From Sminthopsis crassicaudata (lineage: Eukaryota): a DNA stretch of 64,000 nucleotides. The notes below the pieces were generated by a model. It saw only the letters and a program-made list of their open reading frames with translations. It was not told where the DNA came from and did no database searches. The translations under genes were made by a program, and so were the position numbers. Location: positions 620,102,558 through 620,166,557 of the forward strand of contig NC_133619.1 of NCBI RefSeq assembly GCF_048593235.1, in the 5' to 3' direction. Shown in pieces: positions 11,189-21,612 of this stretch; positions within the stretch are counted from its first letter, which is position 1; each line of letters opens with the position of its first letter.

Positions 11189-12440
11189 GTAAGCATCTGG
11201 TCTTATCTTTCTTGGCTGGAGGGGGAAATTTCCTGTGGCACTTTCCATGTCACTCCAAGCTCTTTTCTCACCGAAATCTCTGGATGTGCAATATGGCTAA
11301 TGGTACAGGGAAAAGTGGCCCCTTACCTTTAGTGGGAGAGGGGAGAGGATTACACCTTTCCTATATCAGGCCATATTTAGCAGCATTTCGGAAAAGTTAA
11401 AGATATGGTGTAAATCATGTAATAGAGGGAGGCAGCAATTTATCATAAATGACATCCCCAAATCATTGAACTTTTCAAGGCCCAAGATAACTTGCTAACC
11501 ATGAGTTGCAGGGCTAGTTCCAGCCTCTGTATTATCAGATATTCCTCACAGATGAGGAATAACAGGTACAGGCCAAAAAAAAGGAAAGAGGTGGCAGTTG
11601 TCATATAATTGACAATGCATCCAGGAACAGTGTGTCCACGAAGAAGGAAGCACATGTCCCTTGTCTGCTGCTCTGTTCTGGCCACATCTGAGATCTTCAC
11701 AAAGAGCGTTCCCAGACAAGAGTGTGTCCAGGGTGTCAGGCCCTAGCAGCCTTGTCTGTGAGGGTCCAAGCAAAGGAAGTTTCTCAGCTCAGGGCCTGGG
11801 AGTGTGATGGCATGAAAAAGGATGAGACTCAGCAAAACTAGGAGCACTGGAGGGAAAAGGAAACCCCCCTAAGGTTAGGACTGTGCAGAGGTGACAGCCC
11901 CTCTTAGGGGTGGTGTCCTGTGGAGTCCAGATGACAGCTTGTACAGGACCTTGTCTAGTTGCCTCTGTTTCTCTTCTAGGAGTTGGACTAGATAGCCTCT
12001 GGGCTTCCTTTCCAGCCCTCTGATTTCCAAGGGTCCTCCCACCTCCATTCTTTTCTCAGGCTCTCAGAAATCTCTAACCCATGGCTGGAGGTCAGGTAGC
12101 TTAGTTTGAGTTGGACAGTAGGTCAGGATCCAGGAGGGGGGGGGGGGGGGGCGTGGATAAGGCAGAGGTTACTCTGCTCTAGAAATAAGGACACTGATGT
12201 CTCTTTCCCATTTACTTTCTGAATCATCACAGGTGAGTCATTAAATGTCCCCCAAACTTCACATACCTCTCTGAGAACTGGGCACAGAATCCTTGGCCCT
12301 TTTAAGGAAGGAGAGCCCAGAGAGATCCGGAGGGCTCAAAGGAGTACATAAAAGGTGGCATCCCCAGGAGCGATCTTGAGGCGGGGAGTAAGGCAGCCCC
12401 TCACTGCCTTCAAGTGGGCCATTGCTTTATTTCCCCACAG

Positions 12441-12569
12441 GAGGCAGAAGGCCATTCAGGTGGATGCCACAGTCTTCACCTGTATCAGCATGCTGGCCCG
12501 AGCCATGGGGCCAGGCATCCAGCAGGACATCAAGGAGCTTCTCGAGCCCATGCTGGCTGTGGGCCTGAG
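12441..12569 (+). CDS. MTOR: mTOR exon 10
   Basis: RQKAIQVDATVFTCISMLARAMGPGIQQDIKELLEPMLAVGL; 129 nt. Confidence 0.97.
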
Positions 12570-12855
12570 GTACGTGTCAAGAAGCACTTTAGGGTGGGCC
12601 CAGCAGACAGGGGATCAGGTCTACTCCTTGATGGCAGGTAAAATCTGGCTAAGTCATGAGCAGGCCTACCTTGGACTTCCGAGCCCTACTTTGCTCACTT
12701 GCCCAAGATGCCTAATAATATCTGTTTCTGATCGCCTTTGAGGACTAACGGAAAAAGGAAGTGTTTCCCATTGTCAAACATGAACACGGGAGCTTTGGGG
12801 TTGAAGCTTGTTGCTTTCTGAACCCTGCCTAACACTCCAGGAACTGTCTCCCCAG

Positions 12856-13100
12856 CCCTGCCCTGACCGCTGTGCTCTATGACCTGAGCCGACAAATTCC
12901 ACAGCTGAAGAAAGACATCCAGGACGGCCTGCTCAAGATGCTGTCCCTGGTCCTTATGCACAAACCTCTCCGGCACCCCGGGATGCCCAAGGGCCTGGCC
13001 CACCAGTTGGCCTCCCCTAGCCTCACCAGCCTTCCGGAGGCCAGCGATGTAGGGAGTATCACTCTTGCCCTCCGAACCCTTGGTAGCTTTGAATTTGAAG
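12856..13100 (+). CDS. MTOR: mTOR exon 11
   Basis: PALTAVLYDLSRQIPQLKKDIQDGLL...LGSFEFE; 245 nt. Confidence 0.96.
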
Positions 13101-14259
13101 GTAAGACACTGAGCCAGCGGTGGAACTGGGAGCCACAGGCTGGAAAGCAGGCCATGCCAAAGCTTTTCAGAGGGATTGGGTTTCATGTTTTATATCCTTA
13201 AAAGGTGTGAAATCAGGGGGTATTGCCAAAGATATAACTGAGGATTATTGAGCTTGTGATAATTAATTCCCGAACCCTAAGGTTTTTGTTTCCTCCTATC
13301 CTATATGTGGATTGAGCAGTGCTCCAGAGCAGCATGTGATGGGTCAAGAAACAGTAAAGATGCCCCCCTGGATGGCAGCTTCCCCACAGAGCTGCCTGTT
13401 TAATGTGCTTCAATCTGGTGGCTCTGGAAACTTTATCTGTCAGCAGGGACAGTAGCTTGGGTACTTCCCTTAGATAATGATATTCCAGGGCTCTGATGAG
13501 CCCTTCCAATGCCCTGGGGAGAGATTGCAGGACAAGAAAGTACACTTAGAACTGTGAGATCCAGGTGGCCGAGCACCACTTACAGCTCCGGGAGAACCAT
13601 CTTTCTGGGGCTCCCTTACTGTCCCTCCCCTGCTTGCCTTGATGAACACCTAGGCCTGTACCCACATCACATTGCTTTTTGGGTACTTTCTTAGATGCGC
13701 TAAGGTCCTTACCCAGAGACTGAGAAATACTGTAATCGTCCTACCTGGGAGCATCTAGAGCAAGCATAGCTAAAACAAGCCACGTAATTTGGAGGGGAGG
13801 GGAATCATTTCCCATTCTTCCTTTCTGTTCTTCCTACATGGCACCCTGCCCACTCAGACCAAAGCCACCTTTGGTTTCCCCTCCTAGAAGGAGAATTGTC
13901 AGTTAATAAATATTTGTTGAGGGCCTCCTGTGCACCAGGTATTGTGTGTTAAACACTGGGAACACAAGGAAGGGCAAAGGACATTTTTCCTTCAGTCTGA
14001 TGGGGAAGACTCCTGTAGGTACAGATGAGCTTATATGCAGGACAAAGAGTAAATAAAAAGAGAAGAAAAGCTCTAGAATTAAGGGGAAGAGGGGCAGGCT
14101 TCTAGGATTTTATCTGGGACAGGATGAAAGTCAAGAGGTAGAGTTGGGGAAAGCACAGCCTAGATCTTCTTGAAAACTGGATTAGTGGCTGGGAAGTGAA
14201 ACCTCTGGTGCGTTTGAAATGCCAACTGTCTGCCTGCTGCTCTCCCCTTGTGCACCCAG

Positions 14260-14475
14260 GCCACTCTCTGACGCAGTTTGTCCGCCACTGTGCCGATCAC
14301 TTTCTGAACAGCGAGCACAAGGAGATCCGCATGGAGGCAGCCCGCACCTGCTCCCGCCTGCTCACGCCCTCCATCCACCTCATCAGCGGCCACGCCCACG
14401 TGGTCAGCCAGACAGCAGTGCAGGTGGTGGCAGATGTGCTCAGCAAGTTGCTGGTGGTTGGAATAACGGACCCAG
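14260..14475 (+). CDS. MTOR: mTOR exon 12
   Basis: GHSLTQFVRHCADHFLNSEHKEIRMEAARTC...GITDP; 216 nt. Confidence 0.97.
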
Positions 14476-15399
14476 GTATAGTGTGTTTGTGGAAGGGGAA
14501 TTTGAAGGGGATGGGGAGGAAGCTGGGCCTGCCCACACCTAGGTACATTGACATTGTCATTTGCAGTATGTTAAGTAGCCATTCACCCTCTGTTCTGTAC
14601 TAGGTGCCCCTTGAACAGCTTTCCCCAACCTCTATCTCCTGGTCCCTTGTCATCATGGTCCTTGGGTTATTATGCTTACAAGTCTAGAAACTTCCAAATA
14701 AAGCAAATCCAAGTTCTTTGACTGGTCAGCCATTTGACTGCCAAAGGGCCCTGGGTTTTGAGTCTGGATCTCGACTTGAGCCCCATTTCTGCTGCTTTGG
14801 GCCTATGTAACCACGGGTGCCTTGCACGGCCTCCACGGGATCAGGTGCTGCCTTTGTTAACAATGAGATGGGTGGACTGACTGGTTACTAAGACTTCTAA
14901 TCCTACATAACTGCAGCTTTCCGTGGCTGTCATCGCTCTTCTGTCCTACTTTATACCTACTGCCCTTGAAGAGAAAAAGATTGGAGCTGTTCTTTTGAAC
15001 ACAGTGTTGTTGTTAAGTAGGCCAGAGGCTTCTCTGCTAAGGAAGAATTGCCTTGATCTATCCTTGAAAGTGAAATAATAATTCTTTCCAGAGGTTTTGA
15101 GCTTGACAGCTCCAGCCAGTTCTGGCTGGATTGGCCTCGATGCTTAAAGTAAATCTTTTTTCATTGCCTTTTATTTCCACTGGCAGAAAGAAATCCAGAG
15201 GGCCTAATGAGAGAAGGATCACATGAGCTTTCATAGTTGGGCGGATGGTACTGAAGGGGCTTAACAGGGCTTCAGGCCTGGGTAGCTGGAAGCTTGAGGT
15301 CACTCCCATTCTTTGAATCACCTGAGTGTGTAACCTTGCATCACTTTGACTCCCCCCCCCATTAGTGGCCTGTGGCCAGTCAGCTGCTGAAGCCTTGCC

Positions 15400-15915
15400 A
15401 ATTCTCTCTCCACACCTCTTATCTGTCCCCTTCACTCATCTCCCAAAGCCATCATTCAGGCCTTAGCACCTATTGCCGGCCTCCCTCCTGCAATGGCTCT
15501 GAACCCCCTCAAGTCCATCCTCCATTGGGTTGGAGATTAAGATAGGTCTGCCCAAGTCCTGCCCCCACTTGAATCCCACTCTCTGGTCTGTCTTCGCGTC
15601 ACTCCCCTTCATGCATTATGCTCCGGACAAACTGCTCTTCCAGCTGTTCCCCCATTTTTCATCTCGTGGCTCTGCCCAAGTTTTCTCCTCATGCCTGGGA
15701 CTTCTTCCTCACCTTCCAAGTTTAGCCCAGTTATTACCTCTTAATCAAAGTTTTCTTTGATCCCCTCAGTTTTTATTGCTTCCTCCTTTCCAAAATTATT
15801 TTCTGAAAACTTCTCTTTGGACATAATGTGCCCCCAGTAGACTGTAAGCTCCTTGAAGGCAAAGACTGTTCATAAGTTTTTTGTCTTAGAATCCTCAGTA
15901 CCTGACACCCAGGAA
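15400..15915 (+). mobile_element. Ancient L2 3' fragment (approximate bounds)
   Basis: agactgtaagctccttgaaggcaaagactg and upstream L2-like sequence. Confidence 0.6.
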
Positions 15916-15916
15916 G

Positions 15917-16083
15917 CCTCTGTTCTGCACTAGGTGCTCCTCGAACAGCTGTCCCCAACCTCTGTATCCTTCTGGTCCCTTTGTCATCATGGTCCATGAT
16001 TTCTCTGCTAAGGAAGAATTGCCTTGATCCATCTTTGAAAGTGAAATAATAATTCTTTCCAGAGGTTCTGAGCTTGGCAGCTC
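15917..16083. repeat. Composite local duplication of 14587-14661 and 15030-15112
   Basis: 15917-15995 aligns to 14587-14661 and 16001-16083 aligns to 15030-15112, both direct. Confidence 0.9.
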
Positions 16084-16175
16084 AAGTGCCTCTAAGTGTC
16101 TGTGAGGTTCACTGGCTTGGAAGAGGTGAGATTGAGTAGGGGGATGCATGGTCAAGCTCTTACTTGTTCTTCCAG

Positions 16176-16381
16176 ACCCTGACATCCGTTACTGTGTCCT
16201 GGCCTCCCTGGACGAGCGCTTTGATGCTCACTTGGCCCAGGCAGAGAATCTGCAGGCCTTGTTTGTGGCCCTGAATGATCAGGTGTTTGAGATCCGGGAG
16301 CTGGCCATCTGCACCGTAGGCCGCCTCAGCAGCATGAACCCTGCTTTTGTCATGCCTTTCCTGAGGAAGATGCTCATTCAG
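16176..16381 (+). CDS. MTOR: mTOR exon 13
   Basis: [26 protein letters not shown]...RKMLIQ; 206 nt. Confidence 0.97.
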
Positions 16382-18946
16382 GTAAAGGGCCTGGCTGGGA
16401 TCGAGTGCCTCTGAATGGGATTGACCTCTTGGTGGGTTGGGGAAGAAGAGGACTGAGCCCATAAAACAAACATTGAGTCCTGGAGACTGGAAAGTGGTTT
16501 TAACCTTATTTGTGATTTTGGAGATTAGGACAAGCACAGATAGACTGAGACCTATGTCCTTGGAAGGAGCTCTCAAATCAGCATGGAGTCACTTAGTAAC
16601 CTGGGCCTGCAACCCAATGATTTGTTTCAATAATGGTTTGATTGATTGGCTACCTTTAAAAAGGGTCCTAATAGCTCACATTCAAACCTGACTTTAAGCA
16701 AGAGTTCCTAATCCCTTTGGCTGACTGGTGAAGACTGAGGACCCCTTCTCAGAATAATGGTTTTAAATGCATAAAATGCAGAGAATTACAAAGGAAACCA
16801 ATCTTATCAAAATACAACACTCAAAATGTTTTTTAAAAAACAGGGTCATAAAAATCTGTCAAATTACATTGATTAAGCACCTATTATATCCAGACATTGT
16901 GCTAAGTACAGGGCTTTCAAAGAAAGACCATTCTCTTCTCTCAAGTAGCTCCCAGCCTAAAAGGAGAAATAACACACAAACAGCTGTGTTCTTATAAAAG
17001 AAATTAGAGCTAATCAACAGCAGGAAGGCACTAGTATTTAGGAGAATGAGGAAAGGCTTCTCAGAGTTGGAAAGTTTTGAGCTGAGTCTTACGGAAAGCC
17101 AGGAGACAGAGGTGAGGAGGGAGAGTGTTCCATACCTGGGGGTTAGGGGATGGCCAGAGAAAAGGGCTGGAGGTAGAGCCCAGTGTCACTGGGTCACAAA
17201 GTCCTTGGAGAGTGCTAAGGGGTTAGAAGTGAAAAATAGGGAAGCAGGTTGTAGAGGGGCTGTAAAAGGCCCCGCAAGAACACTTGCTTCATTTCAAAAC
17301 TGCATATGCAGTCACATCTGAAGCTAAAGCAGTCCTTGAAGGAGGTACTGCCCTCCCCATTGTGCATATGAAGAAGCAATCCCAGAGATTATCCTGGATT
17401 ACCCGGCGCTGCTTGTTCTGACTTTAAACTAGGACATCACTGTCTCTTATACATTTCTACCTCTAAGAGCGCTCAGTTTCAAATGAACTGGCTTATTAAG
17501 CACATTGTTATGACATTGAGAACAACTGATTGCAGTTTTGCACAAAGTTTGCCACTGTTAGGTCTTGTAGGTGCTAGAGATGTAAAGTAAAAACCATGCA
17601 ATCTTTGCCCTTTTAGAGCTTATGTTTCTTTGGAGAATGAGACCAGGTGGTCTTAGCAGTAACTGTAGATCCAAGTAGAAGAGGGGGCCTCGGGGATAGC
17701 AACAGGAGGGAAGGCTGAAGGAAGACAGGCTTCCTGGAGGAGCCAGCATGAAACTCATGAGAGCTCACGCGGGAAGCAGAGGCAGGTTCAGTGAACTTTA
17801 TTCCCCAAAGGGCCTGATTTAAAGGAAAAAGAAGTTAGGACAACCTTTGGGACCGTTCTGAGAAGCACTGTCTTATAGCACAAAAGGGACATACTTTGAA
17901 TTTTTCTCAAAGCCTCAGACAAATTATTCAGTGTCAGTTACTGGGTTGTACAGTGAGAAGCCTGGGGATCCCTGGTTGTGTCCCCAGAAGCTCGTGAACA
18001 AAGAAGGATGCAGGATTGGCTGGCAGAAGGCATGGGCTTCCACCCAGGCCTTGCCACTTGCTACCTGAGACTTCACTTACCCCTCTGAAAACAAATGTGG
18101 CCACATGAGACCCATCTCAGGGGGCAACTCTCAGGGGAAAGCTGCTGCTTTTACCTCCCGTGTCACCTCTCCCTCCTGTGAGTGTCTGCCACCAGCAATC
18201 ACTCTCTCCTTTTTGCTGCTGTTTGCCTGTAACCTAAGAAGGATTAAAGGTTGCCAGAGGAAATGAGCTGCCCAGTTTATTGGGTCGGCATCTTCAAATT
18301 TATGCTAGGCTCTGATTGCATTTACCGGCCCTCCTCTCCTTTGGAATAAAATGAGTGGAAACTGTGAATGTTATTTTTCTCATACTTTAGAGAGGCTTTT
18401 TTTTCAAAGAGAGCAATCATCCAGATGTTTATGGGAGTGTTTCTCTGTGGAGTTAAAAACTTAATTGAGTTAATCAGCCTTAACTTGGTGAATCTCAATG
18501 GAGATCATCCTGTATGGTTTCTGATTTTTGCCCCTATGCTTCATGGGCCAAGAAAACCCTACTGATTTTTGCAATTACATTTTAAATCTTGTGGGTTCCC
18601 TAGCTTCTTCCATAGTGGTTTGACATAGCAGCTACCTGCTACGGTGCCCATTCCTTTTAAAATGGCATTGCCTCCAAGAGAGGCCCTTCCTCATCGTTGC
18701 AGAGCCCTGCCCTCCCCTGCTATGGCTGCTTGTCCAGCAGTCAGAGTTCAGTGCCATCAGGCTGTCCTCCCAAGCCGGCGTAAAAGAGAAAGGGTTTCTC
18801 TCCCAGTGTCAGCTTGTCATAGGCCCCTCTGGCAGTCTTTGAGGACCCACAGTGGCCCTGCCTAAATCCTGTTTGCCTCTGCTCTCTCTGAGGAAACCCT
18901 CTCTCCTAGAATTTCCTTTGCTGTAACGAAACATCCTTTCCTTCAG

Positions 18947-19069
18947 ATTTTGACCGAGCTGGAACACAGTGGAGTTGGAAGAATCAAGGAGCAGAGTGCC
19001 CGAATGCTGGGGCACTTGGTTTCCAATGCCCCCCGGCTTATTCGTCCCTACATGGAGCCTATTCTGAAG
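18947..19069 (+). CDS. MTOR: mTOR exon 14
   Basis: [41 protein letters not shown]; 123 nt. Confidence 0.97.
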
Positions 19070-19383
19070 GTAGAGGAGGCCTGGGCAGTGGTCACCTTTT
19101 TGTCTCGCTGTGGAAGCTTTTCCTTTGCTGATGTAACTCACCCTCTATGGGGATGTGCTCTCAGTCAGTGTCGAATGGCAGATAGCTGGCTGTCTAATCT
19201 CTGCCATCACGCTCAAGGGGGCAAGGTCCACGCAGAAACCCTCACACACATACCAGCTGTGTGACTTCAAACGAGGCACTTGGCTCTCCGTGCCCCGGGC
19301 CGCGTCTAATAATACTGGGGCGCAAAGCCCAGGTAGGGCCATGCATTGGAAGATGGAGTTTCCCCCACTGGAATTCTCTAGGG

Positions 19384-19569
19384 CAGGGCTCAAACTACGG
19401 CCCATGGGCCAGATGTGGCCGCTGAGGGCGTTTATGCGCCCGCCGGGTTATGGCAAATGGGCTGAGGGGCGGAGACAGAGTGTGAGCTCTTGTTTTCACT
19501 ATAGTCCGGCCCTCCAACAATCTGAGGGACAGTGAACTGGCCCCTATTTAAAAAGTTTGAGGACCACTG
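19384..19569. mobile_element. hAT (Charlie/OC1-like) non-autonomous MITE, 186 bp
   Basis: Perfect 8-bp TSD CTCTAGGG at 19376-19383 and 19570-19577; imperfect TIRs CAGG(G)CTCAAACT and AGTTTGAGGACCACTG. Confidence 0.85.
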
Positions 19570-19993
19570 CTCTAGGGTAATGAATTTTGGTTTAAAAAAG
19601 AAGGATAGTCAGCAAACCCCAAGATGTGAAGGGAATGAATTGGGCCAGAAATAGTTACCAAAAGATGGAAGGTATGTTTTGAAATCTGAACATGTTAAAG
19701 TATCACGGACCATTTCCTAACATTTAAATCTATGTAAATTACCATCCAAACATTATTTATAGGAGTGAGATGCAATTATTTTCACATTCTGTTACTCTCA
19801 GCTGTCAGTCTTATAGTCTTGGGAGGGAAGTCTATCTTTGTGCCAGATAGACTCTCATAGGAAAGCCTGAAAAATGTCAATTGCACATGGTTGGGTTGGT
19901 CCATTAGGATGTGAGCATCAAATACAAACTGATACAAGAAGATGCCTCTTTGGTGGGTAGTGAGCTGTCTGCTTTTTTTCATGTGTTCCCTAG

Positions 19994-20083
19994 GCTTTAA
20001 TTCTGAAGCTGAAAGATCCAGACCCTGACCCAAACCCGGGGGTGATCAATAATGTCTTGGCTACGATAGGAGAGCTGGCACAG
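19994..20083 (+). CDS. MTOR: mTOR exon 15
   Basis: ALILKLKDPDPDPNPGVINNVLATIGELAQ; 90 nt. Confidence 0.97.
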
Positions 20084-20198
20084 GTAAGAGTGCCCTGCTG
20101 CTTGTTCTCCAAGGGGCTTCCAGCCTCGGGCTTTCAACCCTGCACCTGGGTCAGTGTGTAGAGGAGTTCCATGGAAGCCCCTCCCTCCCTTCTTGCAG

Positions 20199-20291
20199 GT
20201 GAGTGGCCTGGAAATGCGGAAATGGGTGGATGAGCTCTTTATCATCATCATGGACATGCTGCAGGACTCCTCTCTTCTGGCCAAGAGGCAG
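20199..20291 (+). CDS. MTOR: mTOR exon 16 (GC donor)
   Basis: VSGLEMRKWVDELFIIIMDMLQDSSLLAKRQ; 93 nt; donor CAG|GCAAGT. Confidence 0.95.
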
Positions 20292-21612
20292 GCAAGTGCT
20301 TCCGTTCTTTGGCCATATGGGGAAAGGGAACTGGTGGGGAATAATGGGGGGAGGGGATGGAAGAGATAGGAGGGCTGAGGAGAAAAATCCTGGCACCAGG
20401 AGGCAGGGCCTTTTGGGAACAGGCCCTTTTAAACTGGGGCCTGTTCTTTATGACCTCACCAGATCACACTGAGTCAGTTCAGTACCTCCTATGTGCCAGA
20501 TCCAATGCTGATGTGGGAGATAAAAATACAAAGACTGAGACAATCTCTGCTTACAAGAGTTTATGTTCTGATGGAGAAGACAGTGTAAATATAAAGTGTA
20601 TAAATACAGATCTGTACAAAACAGTTAAATTGTTCTGAAGCCCAGTCCCATCTGCCATTTCCCCACTCAAGAAAATCTGCAGGGCTCCCGATTGCCCCTG
20701 GGGTTTGGTATGCAGGGGGTGTCCCTAGAGCTCTGAGCCTGGATTCTCTTCAGCTGGGATCCTGCTGGGTGAGTCACTGTCATTTGGGAAGATCTCAGGA
20801 GCCCTTACCTCCTAGGGTGCTATGGGGATCAAATGGGGCCATACGTGTAGAGGTTGTGACTCAGTGCCTGGCCCCCAGGAGGGTCTTGATAAATGCCGAG
20901 TTCCTTCCTTCCCAAAGCCCAGTCTGGCCTATTGCCCCTGGGCTCTCTTCGTGCAGTCTGCATTCTAGATGCCCTGGGCCTCCTTGCTGCTCCCTGAGCT
21001 CAGCACCCCATCTCTCCCTAGCCCCAGGCCTTGTGTTCCCTCCCGTCTTGGAGTCCCCAGTCTCTTTCTAAGCTTAGTTCTCATGTGTTCTTCTGCAGGT
21101 GACCTTCCCTGATTCCTTTAGTTGTCAGTGCTTGCTCCCTCTCTCCTCGGATAAGTCTGTCTATACCTGTCTCTTTCCAGATTAAGCAGGGACTTTGGTG
21201 CTTTATTCCCAAAGACTTTCATATATTAGGTTTTTTTTTTTTTTTTTTTTTTTTATTGATATTTTTTTTTAATTATATATATATATATATATTTTATAAT
21301 ATTATCCCTTGTATTCATTTTTCCAATTTACCCCCCCTCCCTCTATTCCCTCCCCCCGACGACAGGCAATACCATACATTTTACATGTGTTACAATATAG
21401 TCTAGGTACAATACATGTGTGCGAATATCACTTTCTTGTTGCACAATAAACATTAGAATCCGAAGGTACATGCAACCTGGGCAGACAGATATTAGTGCTA
21501 ACAATTTTCATTCCCCTCCCAGTGTTTCTTCTCTGGGTGCAGCTACCTCTGTCCATCATTGATCAACTGGAAGTGAGTTGGATCTTCTTTATGTTGAAGA
21601 TTTCCACTTCCA

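Noticed and set aside
12136-12152. Long G homopolymer (also at 27596 and 55038) as G-quadruplex
   Set aside because: Simple homopolymers of unreliable length with no supporting context.
12695-14560. Minus-strand ORFs overlapping MTOR exons 11 and 12 (also 13 and 27)
   Set aside because: Antisense open frames are a common by-product of GC3-rich coding exons.
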